38,479 nt of DNA from an uncultured bacterium (GTDB lineage Bacteria > Hydrothermota > UBA3072), in contig CAZALG010000002.1 in NCBI GenBank assembly GCA_964485935.1, positions 1 through 38,479 of the forward strand. The letters are read 5' to 3'. The notes under the pieces are model-generated. The model had not been told where the DNA came from, made no database searches, and saw nothing but the letters and a program-made list of their open reading frames with translations. Both the position numbers and the translations under genes were made by a program. Below, one piece after another: positions 8,160-18,700 of this stretch (position 1 is its first letter; every line of letters starts with the position of its first letter).

Positions 8160-8270
8160 CAAATTTTTTAAACTTATGCTCTTGATATTTTACATTATTT
8201 AAATAAATTTAAATATTAAATTTATTTAAAATTATCGAGTATAAATCTAACCTCAGAGGGAGATAAATAT

Positions 8271-9275
8271 ATGAAAGTCTTATTCATTGGAGGAACAGGT
8301 GTTATCAGCTCAGCATGTGCCGAACTGGCAGTCGAAAGAGGTTTTGAACTTTATCTTTTAAATCGAGGTAAAACTAAAAGACCTGTCCCAAAAAAAGCGC
8401 ATATTTTACGCGGAGACATTAGAGATAGAGCTTCAGCTGAGTCAGCTATAGGAAACAGAACATTCGATGTTGTTGTAAACTGGGTCGCTTTCACACCCGA
8501 ACACATAAAAAGAGATCTCGAGTTATTTGGCGGCAGGATAGGGCAATATATATTCATAAGTTCAGCCTCCGCCTATCAAACTCCACCCAAAAAACTTCCT
8601 GTCACCGAATTTACTCCTTTGTCAAACAATTTCTGGAAATACTCAAGGGATAAGATTGCCTGCGAAAAACATCTACTACAAGCTTACCGAAAAGGCCATT
8701 TTCCTGTAACTATCGTACGCCCATCTCACACCTACGACTGTACACTACTTCCTATGCATAACAAATACACATTGGTGGACCGTATGCGGAAAGGGGAAAA
8801 AGTCATCGTACATGGAGACGGAACTTCACTATGGGTACTAACACATCACAGGGATTTTGCAAGGGGTTTCGTAGGTCTAATTGGCGACTCACTAGCCATA
8901 GGGGAATCTTTCCACATAACTTCAGATGAACTGCTTTCATGGAACCAAATCTACGAAATACTGGCCTATGCTGCAGGAACTGAAGCCAATATAGTCCATG
9001 TACCTTCAGAGTTTATAGCCTCATTTGACCCTGAGTGGGGTGCGAACCTTCTAGGCGATAAATCTCACAGCATGATATTTGATAATTCAAAGATAAAACG
9101 GTTTGTCCCAGATTATACCGCAACTATCCCCTTCTTCACTGGAGCGCAGGAAATTATTAGTTGGTATAACGCGAATCCTTCAAGGCAAATAGTGGATGAA
9201 AAGGAAAATCAGATGATAGATAAAATAATTGCAAGGTATGAAATGGCGCTACCGCATAGAAAAAAGAAATCCTAA
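8271..9275 (+). CDS. NAD-dependent epimerase/dehydratase (extended SDR family)
   Basis: N-terminal GGTGVISS Rossmann motif, 334 aa, GAGGGAG RBS. Confidence 0.75.
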   Translation: MKVLFIGGTGVISSACAELAVERGFELYLLNRGKTKRPVPKKAHILRGDIRDRASAESAIGNRTFDVVVNWVAFTPEHIKRDLELFGGRIGQYIFISSASAYQTPPKKLPVTEFTPLSNNFWKYSRDKIACEKHLLQAYRKGHFPVTIVRPSHTYDCTLLPMHNKYTLVDRMRKGEKVIVHGDGTSLWVLTHHRDFARGFVGLIGDSLAIGESFHITSDELLSWNQIYEILAYAAGTEANIVHVPSEFIASFDPEWGANLLGDKSHSMIFDNSKIKRFVPDYTATIPFFTGAQEIISWYNANPSRQIVDEKENQMIDKIIARYEMALPHRKKKS

Positions 9276-9326
9276 CTTTATTTTTTTTCAAACTTGAAGT
9301 AAATTTACGGAACCCAGGAGGGCAAT

Positions 9327-9602
9327 ATGAAAAAATTTATAATACTAATCCCTTTTCTTCTCTCAATAATCGGTTGCAACGCACCTCAGTCTGATGAAAT
9401 TGCAAAAATACAAAATAAAATCACTGAGATAACCAATAAATTGAAAACAGTAGAAGAGGGCACCCGTTTGAAAGCCAAGGATGGAATAGAAGAATTAAAA
9501 GATAAAATGGAAAGTCTCGATGAAATTATTAAAAAACTAGATGAGATAGAAAACAAACTCGATCAAATAGATAAGAGACTTGATAAATTAGAAAAAAAAT
9601 AA
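9327..9602 (+). CDS. small coiled-coil lipoprotein
   Basis: Lipobox SIIGC, heptad-like Lys/Glu/Leu-rich body, AGGAGG RBS. Confidence 0.55.
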   Translation: MKKFIILIPFLLSIIGCNAPQSDEIAKIQNKITEITNKLKTVEEGTRLKAKDGIEELKDKMESLDEIIKKLDEIENKLDQIDKRLDKLEKK

Positions 9603-9606
9603 AAAG

Positions 9607-10356
9607 TTATTTTTGTTCAAAAAACCTCTGCAGATAAGCTTCTGCAAGCCCTCTATGCTTACCCCATAGTTTTTTACTGCTTTCTTCAAAGTTGTTAGCG
9701 ATACCATAGTTTTCTTTCATTATCTTTTCTGTCAAACAATCAATATAAAAAGAATCGTAATCTCTTTTCTGAAAAATATTGTAGAGATTTACAGAATAAT
9801 CGCCTATGCCCTTAATGTTTTTTATTCCCATTTTACCGAAATTCCTGGTTAGCTCCATAATATAAGAAATCTTATATCCTATTCGCAAATTTTTTATCTG
9901 TTTCTCTTTGTAATTCGCCGGAACGAAATTTACTTTCCTATAAACTTTTTTCATTTGTTGCCGATAATTTTTGTATGAATTATTTTGAGAAATAATAGCA
10001 CCGATCAACGCTTCAAAATCAGAAAATGCGGAAATAATTCTAGTTTTATTTATCCTCGGGAAATAACTCTTTAAAACTTTATCTTTTTTACACAGAGTAT
10101 AAAAATCTTTTAAATCTTCATCCAAACCAAAACAATTGCAAATTCTTTTCTTTAAAACCTCGACTTCATTCTCTTTCAAATAATCGGAAGAATCGATTAT
10201 TAAATCCTCGTTTTCTTGCCTAAAAACAAGCTCGATAATTCTGTTGGCAAAATATACCTCCCTTTCCGGTTCCTCTTCATAAAAGAAATAAAAAAGCCCA
10301 GAATTAAAAGTCTTTAAAAAATCAAAATCTTTTGTTTTAATCCTTATCTGGAACAT
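9607..10356 (-). CDS. HhH-GPD-type DNA glycosylase-like protein
   Basis: IKGIGDYSVNLY (helix-hairpin-helix GIG) followed about 20 aa later by an Asp (FYIDCL), as in the AlkA/Ogg superfamily. Weak assignment made by eye. Confidence 0.4.
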   Translation of the reverse strand: MFQIRIKTKDFDFLKTFNSGLFYFFYEEEPEREVYFANRIIELVFRQENEDLIIDSSDYLKENEVEVLKKRICNCFGLDEDLKDFYTLCKKDKVLKSYFPRINKTRIISAFSDFEALIGAIISQNNSYKNYRQQMKKVYRKVNFVPANYKEKQIKNLRIGYKISYIMELTRNFGKMGIKNIKGIGDYSVNLYNIFQKRDYDSFYIDCLTEKIMKENYGIANNFEESSKKLWGKHRGLAEAYLQRFFEQK

Positions 10357-10447
10357 CGAGCAGAAGATATTAATATTTTACTTACATTTGTAAATGCTAT
10401 ATTATATTTACTTTCGTTTTCTTCGATTCAACCATTCAATCATTTAA

Positions 10448-11065
10448 CTAAACCGGAGGACGCACGTCTCTCGGCAGAATCGCAGTTGCCACAACTGAGG
10501 CAAACAGAACTTTAATTATTGCACCGGGAATAAATGGGAAAAACCCCATTGCGAGAAGAGGCGTAAAGCCAGGGAAAGAACCTTTAATTAAATAAAAATA
10601 AAACCCTAATTGAATCAATCCGGGAGTATATATTAAAAAGAAATTTGCAAATAGCATCAACAAAAAAATAGAAGAAAAAGTTCGCAACTTGACATATCTA
10701 TCAACAACATATCCCAGAAAGAAAGCAGCTAAGACAAAACCAACCAAATACCCTCCTGTAGGGCCAATAACACTGCCACCTGCAAACCAACCGACACCCA
10801 ACATCCCAACACAAACATAAACCATCTGGCTTATTCCTCCCCAATTTCGCCCGAGAAGAACTCCGGCAAGGAGAACAAAAAATGTCTGTAACGTAATAGG
10901 AACAGGTGTCCAGGGAAGAGAAACTCTAATCTGAGCTGATAGCCCGGTTAAACATGCAACACCTATAGCAAAAAGACTTTTCTTTACAATTGTCAAATTA
11001 CGAGACCAGTTAAAAAACAACCAGGAAGCTCTCTTAAAATCATTTAAAACCTTTACGTTATACAT
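10448..11065 (-). CDS. bioY: biotin transporter S-component BioY
   Basis: Six-TM protein with PVPITLQTF...GPTGGYLVGF motifs typical of BioY; GGAGGG RBS. Confidence 0.75.
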   Translation of the reverse strand: MYNVKVLNDFKRASWLFFNWSRNLTIVKKSLFAIGVACLTGLSAQIRVSLPWTPVPITLQTFFVLLAGVLLGRNWGGISQMVYVCVGMLGVGWFAGGSVIGPTGGYLVGFVLAAFFLGYVVDRYVKLRTFSSIFLLMLFANFFLIYTPGLIQLGFYFYLIKGSFPGFTPLLAMGFFPFIPGAIIKVLFASVVATAILPRDVRPPV

Positions 11066-11081
11066 CTCTCCCTCCTTATAT

Positions 11082-11786
11082 TTATTGTCCTACAACAAGC
11101 TTTACATTATCTCCAAAAGTAACTTCTACACCCGGCGCTGGAAACTGTTGGATGACAACATCTATTTCCCCTTCTGTTCTCTTGACCTCTGATAATACAA
11201 GACCATACTTCAATATCTCGCCCTGAGCTTCTTCCAAGTTCATGCCATTTAGATTCAGCATCAAAAAAACCTTTCTTTTTTCGGTACCTATGAAAATGGT
11301 AAGCATACTTCCTAGAGCTATACTATCTTCAATCGAAGGTTTCGTCTTGACAACCCTGCCATCTAAACTTTTATCTCTCACGGGATAATTTATGAAAACT
11401 CTATTTGTTATCCCGTAACTATCAAGAGAATCTACAGCAATCTTCCTGGAAAGCCCAACAATGTCAGGTAAGACAATTTTTTTAGGACCCCTACTAACAA
11501 CAAGTTCAATAACACTTCCGATTTTTACATCTTCCTTTGCCGGGGGTTCGGTATTTACAATAAGACCTTTAGCCACCTCACTTGAGTAGACACTGTCCGA
11601 AACGACGTACCTTAAATCAAGTGTAGAGAGAAAACTTTTTGTCTTTTCCAGACTCATATGTTTAAGATACGGGACTTCTATGGTCTTACTGTGCTTAACT
11701 ATAACAGGCATTAAAAAATAGAAAACTATAAAACCAAAAAAGAAAGATCCTGCAACAATAGACACATAAGTGACAATTTTCTTCAT
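11082..11786 (-). CDS. membrane-anchored PASTA-domain protein (3 PASTA repeats, no kinase or PBP domain)
   Basis: N-terminal TM helix, then three ~65-aa repeats each starting (V/L)P..xG and ending ...V.L.VS.G. Confidence 0.7.
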   Translation of the reverse strand: MKKIVTYVSIVAGSFFFGFIVFYFLMPVIVKHSKTIEVPYLKHMSLEKTKSFLSTLDLRYVVSDSVYSSEVAKGLIVNTEPPAKEDVKIGSVIELVVSRGPKKIVLPDIVGLSRKIAVDSLDSYGITNRVFINYPVRDKSLDGRVVKTKPSIEDSIALGSMLTIFIGTEKRKVFLMLNLNGMNLEEAQGEILKYGLVLSEVKRTEGEIDVVIQQFPAPGVEVTFGDNVKLVVGQ

Positions 11787-12544
11787 CAGCGACCCTCACG
11801 ATTTACGGTTATATCGACCTTAGAGCCTTTTTCAATCATTACCCCAGGCTCTGGACTTTGTCTGATAATAATATCAAAAGCATGCTCTCCGCTTGTGATG
11901 TAACTCTTCCTCCCCAAGTCAAGGCCACTTTCTTCCAAGAGTATCCGGGCCCTATATTCACTCTTTCCTCTGAGGTTAGGAACAGCTACTTTACCTCCAC
12001 CCGAAGAGACAATTAATTTTATAGGAACTGCTTCCGTAACTTTCTGACCCGGTTCAGGTATCGTTTGCAAAACAACATCCTTGGCTTTTTCTGATTCTTG
12101 TCTTTCAACCACCCCCACACTGAGACCTCTCTCAGACAGATATACTTTAGCCTGGTTGACATCAAAACCAATCACAGAAGGTACAACTATTTCCTCGGTT
12201 TCGTCTATGTTCGCCTCTGGACCTTTACTCAAAACAATTCTCACAGTTGTACCTTCTTCTACTGTTTCTCCTGCAGTTGGCTTCTGGTAAATAACTCTAT
12301 TTTTCTTTGTTGTTGGATGAAATTTTTCATCCTCTACAATTATTTTTAATCCTTTCTCGTCCAGAATCATCTCGGCTTTATTTAAATCTAAATTTTCGAC
12401 ATCCGGGACTTCTACCATTTTTGATTCCCCGGATACTACGTTAGGAACAAAATACACGAAAGTAAAACAAACTAAACCGGAAACTACCATTGAAGTTAGA
12501 AAAGATATCCAAAAAACCTTTGCAGAACTCTGCTGATAATACAT
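11786..12544 (-). CDS. membrane-anchored PASTA-domain protein (3 PASTA repeats, no kinase or PBP domain)
   Basis: TM helix plus three PASTA-like repeats (VEVPDVENLDLNKA..., VVPSVIGFDVNQA..., VAVPNLRGKSEYRA...); AGGAGG RBS. Confidence 0.7.
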   Translation of the reverse strand: MYYQQSSAKVFWISFLTSMVVSGLVCFTFVYFVPNVVSGESKMVEVPDVENLDLNKAEMILDEKGLKIIVEDEKFHPTTKKNRVIYQKPTAGETVEEGTTVRIVLSKGPEANIDETEEIVVPSVIGFDVNQAKVYLSERGLSVGVVERQESEKAKDVVLQTIPEPGQKVTEAVPIKLIVSSGGGKVAVPNLRGKSEYRARILLEESGLDLGRKSYITSGEHAFDIIIRQSPEPGVMIEKGSKVDITVNREGR

Positions 12545-12549
12545 AATGA

Positions 12550-13806
12550 CTACCTCCTTATAAGTGCCGCGCCGAATCCCCCATCATAAAAGGGATAGCC
12601 GGGAAGATTCCGAATAAAGGGATCCTCCTTGCATGCGCATTTAACAATAAAATCAGGATTTTCTTCTAAAAACCATTGTACCTGTTTTTCGTTTTCCTGC
12701 GGAAGAATAGAACATGTTGAATATACCAAAACTCCGTTCTTATTCAAATTCTCAGCAGCAGATTTTAACATCTCTCTCTGTAAAGCAACAAGCCTGTTTA
12801 AAGATGTAAGGTTAAGGTTCCATCTGAGTTCGCCTTTTTTCCCCATAACACCCGTGCCAGAACAAGGTACATCCAAAAGTATCCTATCCGCTTGGGCAAC
12901 CCTAAAATATTTTACATCACCCTTAATCGGATAAACGCTCTTTATACCCAATCGCTCGGCATTGCTGACCACCATATAGAGATCTTTTTTATCAACAGAC
13001 AACACGATTCCCTTATCTCCCATAATTTCAGCTATACCGGTACTCTTTGTACCGGGAGCAGAACATAAATCGAGTATAATTTCGTCCTCTTCGGCAGAAA
13101 GAATCTCCGTGTTCATTGTCTGAGTAACACCCTGAATTTGAAAATAACCTCTTTTAAAGCTATTACTATAAACAACACCACTCTCTGTCAAGAGATTATA
13201 TTCTCTCCCCTCTATTTTTTTCGCATCAAAACCTTCTTCTTTTAAATTTTCAAGCACTTCCCCGGGTGTAGACTTCAATCTGTTAACTCGAATCGTTGTA
13301 ACAGGTGGACGGTTACTCTCTCTTAATATATTTTCCGTTTTCTCGCCATATTCATCCATCAATAGGCGAACCAAAAACTCCGGGAAAGAGTAGAACGTAG
13401 ACAAATATTTTAAAGGTTCCTCAGGATAAGTAACAGGATGGAGATTTCTAAGGACAGCATTTACAAGGGATGCAGTCCCGTTATGCCCGTATTTTTTTGC
13501 AAGATTTACAGATTCATTTACCACAGCGTGATCTGGGTCGCTACTTACGAGCAGCCCATAAGCTCCTTCTCTCAGTATATTTCTAATAGGCAAAGGCAAA
13601 CTTTTAAGTTTTTTATTCTTTAAATGTTTTTCCAGAATGTAATCAAGTCTCTTAACCATCTTAACTGTCCCATAATAATAATCATAGGCTTTCTGTATAT
13701 CCTTATCTACTTTTTCTCCTTTCCGTAATTCTGTAAAATTTTTTAAAGTCTTTCTCCCGCTTTCAAACTCGATTAAAGCCTTTAAAGCCAATTCGCGTCC
13801 ATTCAT
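12550..13806 (-). CDS. rsmB: 16S rRNA (cytosine967-C5)-methyltransferase
   Basis: NusB-like N-terminal domain, DLCSAPGTKS SAM motif, DVPCSGTG and YSTCS catalytic Cys motifs. Confidence 0.85.
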   Translation of the reverse strand: MNGRELALKALIEFESGRKTLKNFTELRKGEKVDKDIQKAYDYYYGTVKMVKRLDYILEKHLKNKKLKSLPLPIRNILREGAYGLLVSSDPDHAVVNESVNLAKKYGHNGTASLVNAVLRNLHPVTYPEEPLKYLSTFYSFPEFLVRLLMDEYGEKTENILRESNRPPVTTIRVNRLKSTPGEVLENLKEEGFDAKKIEGREYNLLTESGVVYSNSFKRGYFQIQGVTQTMNTEILSAEEDEIILDLCSAPGTKSTGIAEIMGDKGIVLSVDKKDLYMVVSNAERLGIKSVYPIKGDVKYFRVAQADRILLDVPCSGTGVMGKKGELRWNLNLTSLNRLVALQREMLKSAAENLNKNGVLVYSTCSILPQENEKQVQWFLEENPDFIVKCACKEDPFIRNLPGYPFYDGGFGAALIRR

Positions 13807-15140
13807 TTCAATCTCCAGATACTCCCTTCCGGATTGTCCTGTATCATTACCCCGCTTTCCTCGAGAACAGTCCTTATCCTGTCAGCCATATCGTAATTAC
13901 CCTCATCTCTGAGATCGTTGCGTAATTTTACAATTTCCTCAATAGCAGGGCCAAGTTCCTGCTTTCCACCTCCAAAATTAAACCCAAGAGTCTCCAGCAG
14001 AAAAGCCAAGGTTTCTCTAAAGGAACCCATATCTTTTTTATCTGCCTTAAGACCTTTGTTAACCACATCAAAAGCCAGGGCTACAGCCCCGGGAGTACCA
14101 AGATCATCATTCATTTTATCTTCAAATGATTCAATTAAATCTGAAAACAAATTACCTTTCATTCCTTTAGAAATATTCAAAAAATTAACAATCTTTTCCC
14201 AACCGGAAGCAGCCTGCTTAAGCATGTCAGTATTGTAGTCTATAGGGTTTCTATAATGCGCCTGCAACAGATATAACCGAATGGCATTCGGGTCAAATCC
14301 CGCCAAAAGCTCTCTTATTGGCACAAAATTCAACAAAGACTTTGACATCTTTTCTCCCTTTATGTTAAGCATCTCGTTATGCACCCAAAATTTTGCGAAT
14401 GCTTTACCGGTTGCAGTCTCAGACTGGGCAATTTCATTTTCATGATGAGGGAAAATCAGATCACTTCCGCCACCATGAATATCGATTGTGTCTCCCAGAT
14501 AATAATTTGCCATTGCAGAACATTCTATGTGCCAACCGGGTCTTCCTTTCCCCCAGGGAGAAAACCAGGAAGGCTCCGAAGATTTTGCTTTCTTCCACAA
14601 AACGAAATCGAGAGGGTCTTCTTTATTTTTGTTTACCTTAATCCTTGCCCCCGACCTCAAATCCTCGACTTTTTTCCTAGAGAGTTTTCCATAATCTTTA
14701 AATTTGCGAACACTAAAAAATACATCTCCATCCTTTTGATAAGCTACCCCTCTCTTTTCTAATTTTTGCACAAGACTTATTATCTCTTCAATATGCTGGG
14801 TTGCTCGCGGGTAAAAAGCAGGCTCCAAAATGTTAAGACGGCTAATTACATCTCTATATTCATTTTCAAAATAGGCGGCTATCTCCCTATAATCTTTTCC
14901 TTCTTCTTCCGCTTTCGTAATAACTTTATCGTCAATATCCGTAAAGTTAACTATTAATTTAACATCGTATCCGAGATATTTTAAATAGCGATGAAGGACA
15001 TCCGAAGTGAGAGCTGCTCTAATATGACCAATATGAGGGGATTCCTGCAAAGTCATGCCGCAATAATAAACTGAAACCTCTTTCCCTTTTAAAGGCTTAA
15101 ATTCTTCTTTCTCTCTGCTTAACGTATTGTAAAGCCTCAT
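13803..15140 (-). CDS. cysS: cysteine--tRNA ligase
   Basis: HIGH-type (PHIGH) and KMSKS motifs, CGMT.. Zn-site N-terminus; ATGA overlap with rsmB. Confidence 0.95.
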   Translation of the reverse strand: MRLYNTLSREKEEFKPLKGKEVSVYYCGMTLQESPHIGHIRAALTSDVLHRYLKYLGYDVKLIVNFTDIDDKVITKAEEEGKDYREIAAYFENEYRDVISRLNILEPAFYPRATQHIEEIISLVQKLEKRGVAYQKDGDVFFSVRKFKDYGKLSRKKVEDLRSGARIKVNKNKEDPLDFVLWKKAKSSEPSWFSPWGKGRPGWHIECSAMANYYLGDTIDIHGGGSDLIFPHHENEIAQSETATGKAFAKFWVHNEMLNIKGEKMSKSLLNFVPIRELLAGFDPNAIRLYLLQAHYRNPIDYNTDMLKQAASGWEKIVNFLNISKGMKGNLFSDLIESFEDKMNDDLGTPGAVALAFDVVNKGLKADKKDMGSFRETLAFLLETLGFNFGGGKQELGPAIEEIVKLRNDLRDEGNYDMADRIRTVLEESGVMIQDNPEGSIWRLK

Positions 15141-15754
15141 TAAAGCTTAAACCCCACTTCGATTTCCTTATCCTTAATTTCCAAAGAAACTCTTTTCCCA
15201 AAAAAGTAGGTTGTAAAAAGACTGACAACTCGATTGGCTACAGCAAGACCAATCATATTGGTAGCTCTCTGCGAAAGCCTTCTTTTATCTCGCCTCATAT
15301 CTCTATAATTGTCTTCTAATTCCCCGGATTGCCAATCCCAGGCATCGGAACCCGTATACGAATTCTCCTCAATATACTCCTTTCTCGCCTCGATTCTCTC
15401 CTGCATAACTTCAGCATCCAGAGTGTCGGGATATAATCTCCTTGCCTTTTCTTTAACCAATTCATTATAGTCAATATTTGTCAGAAAATCTTCTATTGCA
15501 TTAAAATAGTCCTCGTCTTGATTGCTAAGATTCGCGGACGCATAAAAAGCAGCAAAGTTTCGGGATATTCTATCTCTTTCATTCTCTTGTATCTTGCTGT
15601 CAAAATAAGTCAACCAAATCGCCGCTTCCGCTACCATAAAACACAACCCTCTCTCTTTGTCTCCCATCAAGTAATCTCCAGAGCCGGGAACAACAAAAGA
15701 GGAAAAAGCCGCTTTTGCCGGCGTTATTGAAAAAAGAATAGTAAGCAACAACAT
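15140..15754 (-). CDS. hypothetical secreted/membrane protein
   Basis: Signal-like N-terminus, AGGAGG RBS; its TAA stop shares one base with the cysS ATG (TAATG). Confidence 0.5.
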   Translation of the reverse strand: MLLLTILFSITPAKAAFSSFVVPGSGDYLMGDKERGLCFMVAEAAIWLTYFDSKIQENERDRISRNFAAFYASANLSNQDEDYFNAIEDFLTNIDYNELVKEKARRLYPDTLDAEVMQERIEARKEYIEENSYTGSDAWDWQSGELEDNYRDMRRDKRRLSQRATNMIGLAVANRVVSLFTTYFFGKRVSLEIKDKEIEVGFKL

Positions 15755-15778
15755 TAATGCTCCTCCTTTGTTTATCTT

Positions 15779-18700
15779 TTAAAATTTATTTAATAAACCA
15801 AATTTAAATTTATCGAAAACAACATTATCAACATCGATGGTGGCAATGTAAATACCGTTAGCTTCTCCTGCAAGATCCCCATCTATCCTGATATCATTTG
15901 GGCCAAAAAACCCGGTTACTCTTTTTTCAGTTATAAGCCTGCCAGCAAGGGAATAAACTCTTATTACAACATCCTCTGCCGAAGCGCTTAAGATAAATCT
16001 TATGGAAGCTTCATCTCCTCCTCTAACGGGAGAAGGATAAATATAAAATTCCTCAACAGCTAATTCATCTTCTTCATCAAATCTACCTGGTAGGAGGGAA
16101 TCAGGAAAAACTGATTGATGATCATTGTTATAATAAATTCTATTCCATCCATCATTTCTATGATAACCGTCGGTCTCCCAACCGTATAACCATCCGTCAC
16201 GCGAACCAATAAATAAATCCGAACGTCCATCTCCGTTTATATCGAAAACCAGCGGTGTCGAATAAGACCTCTGCCCCGTGGCGAAAGGAAATTCAACAAC
16301 TTTTTCACCCTCTCCGTTATAAGCAAGAACCCCTCCGTCGGGAGAACCAAACACTATGTCCAGCAGAGAATCTCCGCTTACGTCAGAGAGACTCACTGAA
16401 GACTGGGTCTGCTCTGACAGGTGTATTTCTATTGGGAAATTATCGAGCAGAAAACCATTTCTGTTTAAAGCAAATATATTCGAACTGTCTGCAAAAACGA
16501 CATCAAGATAACCGTCGTTGTTTATATCTCCAAGTGCCGGAGTTGAGATAAAAGTCTTCGCGGGAAGTTCCCTTTTCCACTCTATCTCTCCTGTTGTATC
16601 GACAGCAAAAATCACTTTCGAGCCTGCCGAACACAGAATTTCTTTAATTCCATCTCTGTCTATATCTCCCGCCACCGGTGAAGATAGGCTATAAGAGACA
16701 TTCTCCTCCCCTTTCCTCCAAACAATCTCGCCAGCAGTTGAAACTTTTAAAAGAGTACCATCTGCCGGTAAAACGTATATACTATTTCCAATAACAAGTG
16801 GTGTGGCGACCAGCCAATCTCCAACGTACAGCGGAAACCCATCTGCTTCGACCAGACTATCGCCGTCCCATATGAGCAGGTGTAATTCAGAAGCTGAAGT
16901 ACCAAAAAGTATTTCTTTACCTCCTCCGGGAAGAATGTCTGCTGAAGAAGCACTTCCGTATATACATCCGGTTACGGAAAGAGAATCCAATATAACATCG
17001 GAAGAGATATCGTAGAGAAAAACTCTTCCTTGTATGGTCATATCAAAAACTTCAAGATCCCCGTTCCCGGTAACGTCAGTTATAAGAGGAGAAGTGTATG
17101 TGGAATCGGAATATACAGAATCCATTAATTCAGCCATTTTGAATAGAGTTTCATCAGGATTTACTCGATAAACACCTCCCCACATATCACCCACATAAAT
17201 GGTGCTATCTACGTTCTGCGGCGAAATTACATCCATTGACCCGCCGAATTTTTTAGGAAAGTTTGCAAGACTTCTGTAAAACGAAACATCAAAATACATA
17301 ATTGTATCGGGAGAGGAAATATTTGAAATAGTTATACCCGTCCAGTTACCAAAATTATCATGCGTGCTGGGATCTGTTTCGGGTGAAAATTCGGAATTAA
17401 AACCTCCTTCGCTGAAAACATCCAACTGAGAACCAGAGGTGGCGGCAGTCCAATTTTGTATTGTATACAAATCTTTCTCGAAATCCTGAATGCCGTCGGC
17501 TTCCTCAAGGTCGACTCCCTTTGGAAATCCAACATTTATCATATTGTATAATTCCGTTTCTGCTATCTTTCTCTCGTCGATATGCCAGATTGCAAGACCA
17601 CCTGAGTTTAAGTCACAGGGAAGAGAAGATTCGTAATCATCTATATCAACAAGAATATTATCCTTCCACACCCTATACCCGTTCGAATCTACTTTACTTG
17701 TACATGGACTAACATACCGGAGAGTATCGGGATTAACATAAGCGAATTTATTCTCTATTAGAAAGTACTCATCCGCGTTAATTGGAATTTTATAAATTCT
17801 CGGAATGGTTGAATCCATACTGCCTGCCCATTTCACAGGAAGGGAAGTAGAAGCCCTATCTATTATGTGAGGATTATCGAATCCAAGCTCAATTCTATTG
17901 TAAGCGCACAACCTTGGAGGTATAAGACCATTAATATTCCAATTACCACTACCCATAAGAGCCCAACCTCCCATACCCATAGTTTCATAGGTGATATCAT
18001 ATAAATCCAGAAGTCCTAAAGCATGCCCGAATTCATGACACAATGTACCCTGAAGATAAGAGGGAAAACTATCCTGAAAACTCGTCTCAGGCATCATAAC
18101 GCCCGAATCTATCGTATCGCCGTCAGCCACAAGATAAGAGCCGAATAAGTCGTGCATACCGGAACCCTGTGCAACAATAATGTCATATGGAGAATTACCT
18201 AAAATATCAGACTGCCATCCCGATCCTGCATGAAAGACAATAACCTCATCAAAACCGGAAAAATCGGCATCGTAATCGGCTACTTCCACAGCATCCCGCA
18301 ACAATTTAAAAAACCCAAGAACGAAATTATCCAGATCCCCGTAATATTTTATCTCATGAGGTAGAGAATATCCGGAATCACCCGTAGGGGGAAGAACTTC
18401 CCACTCAATCCATAATTTTCCATAAGAAACCTTATAATAGTAATTGTGCAAAAACTCCATCAATCGATTAAAATATGTTAAATCATGCGAAGGGTCATAA
18501 CTAAGGTTTCGACTAATTGTAGTATCGATCAGAGTATCCGTTCCAACAGATGTTGTATCATACGTTGTATCACAAATAGATCCAAAACCTTCAAGATTGA
18601 ATCTGCCATTACCCGTAGTAAGAGACGTGGTATCCTCCAAGAATTCAACTCTGATAACAGCAACACGTACTGTATCAACACCATTAGCCCTCATACCGCG

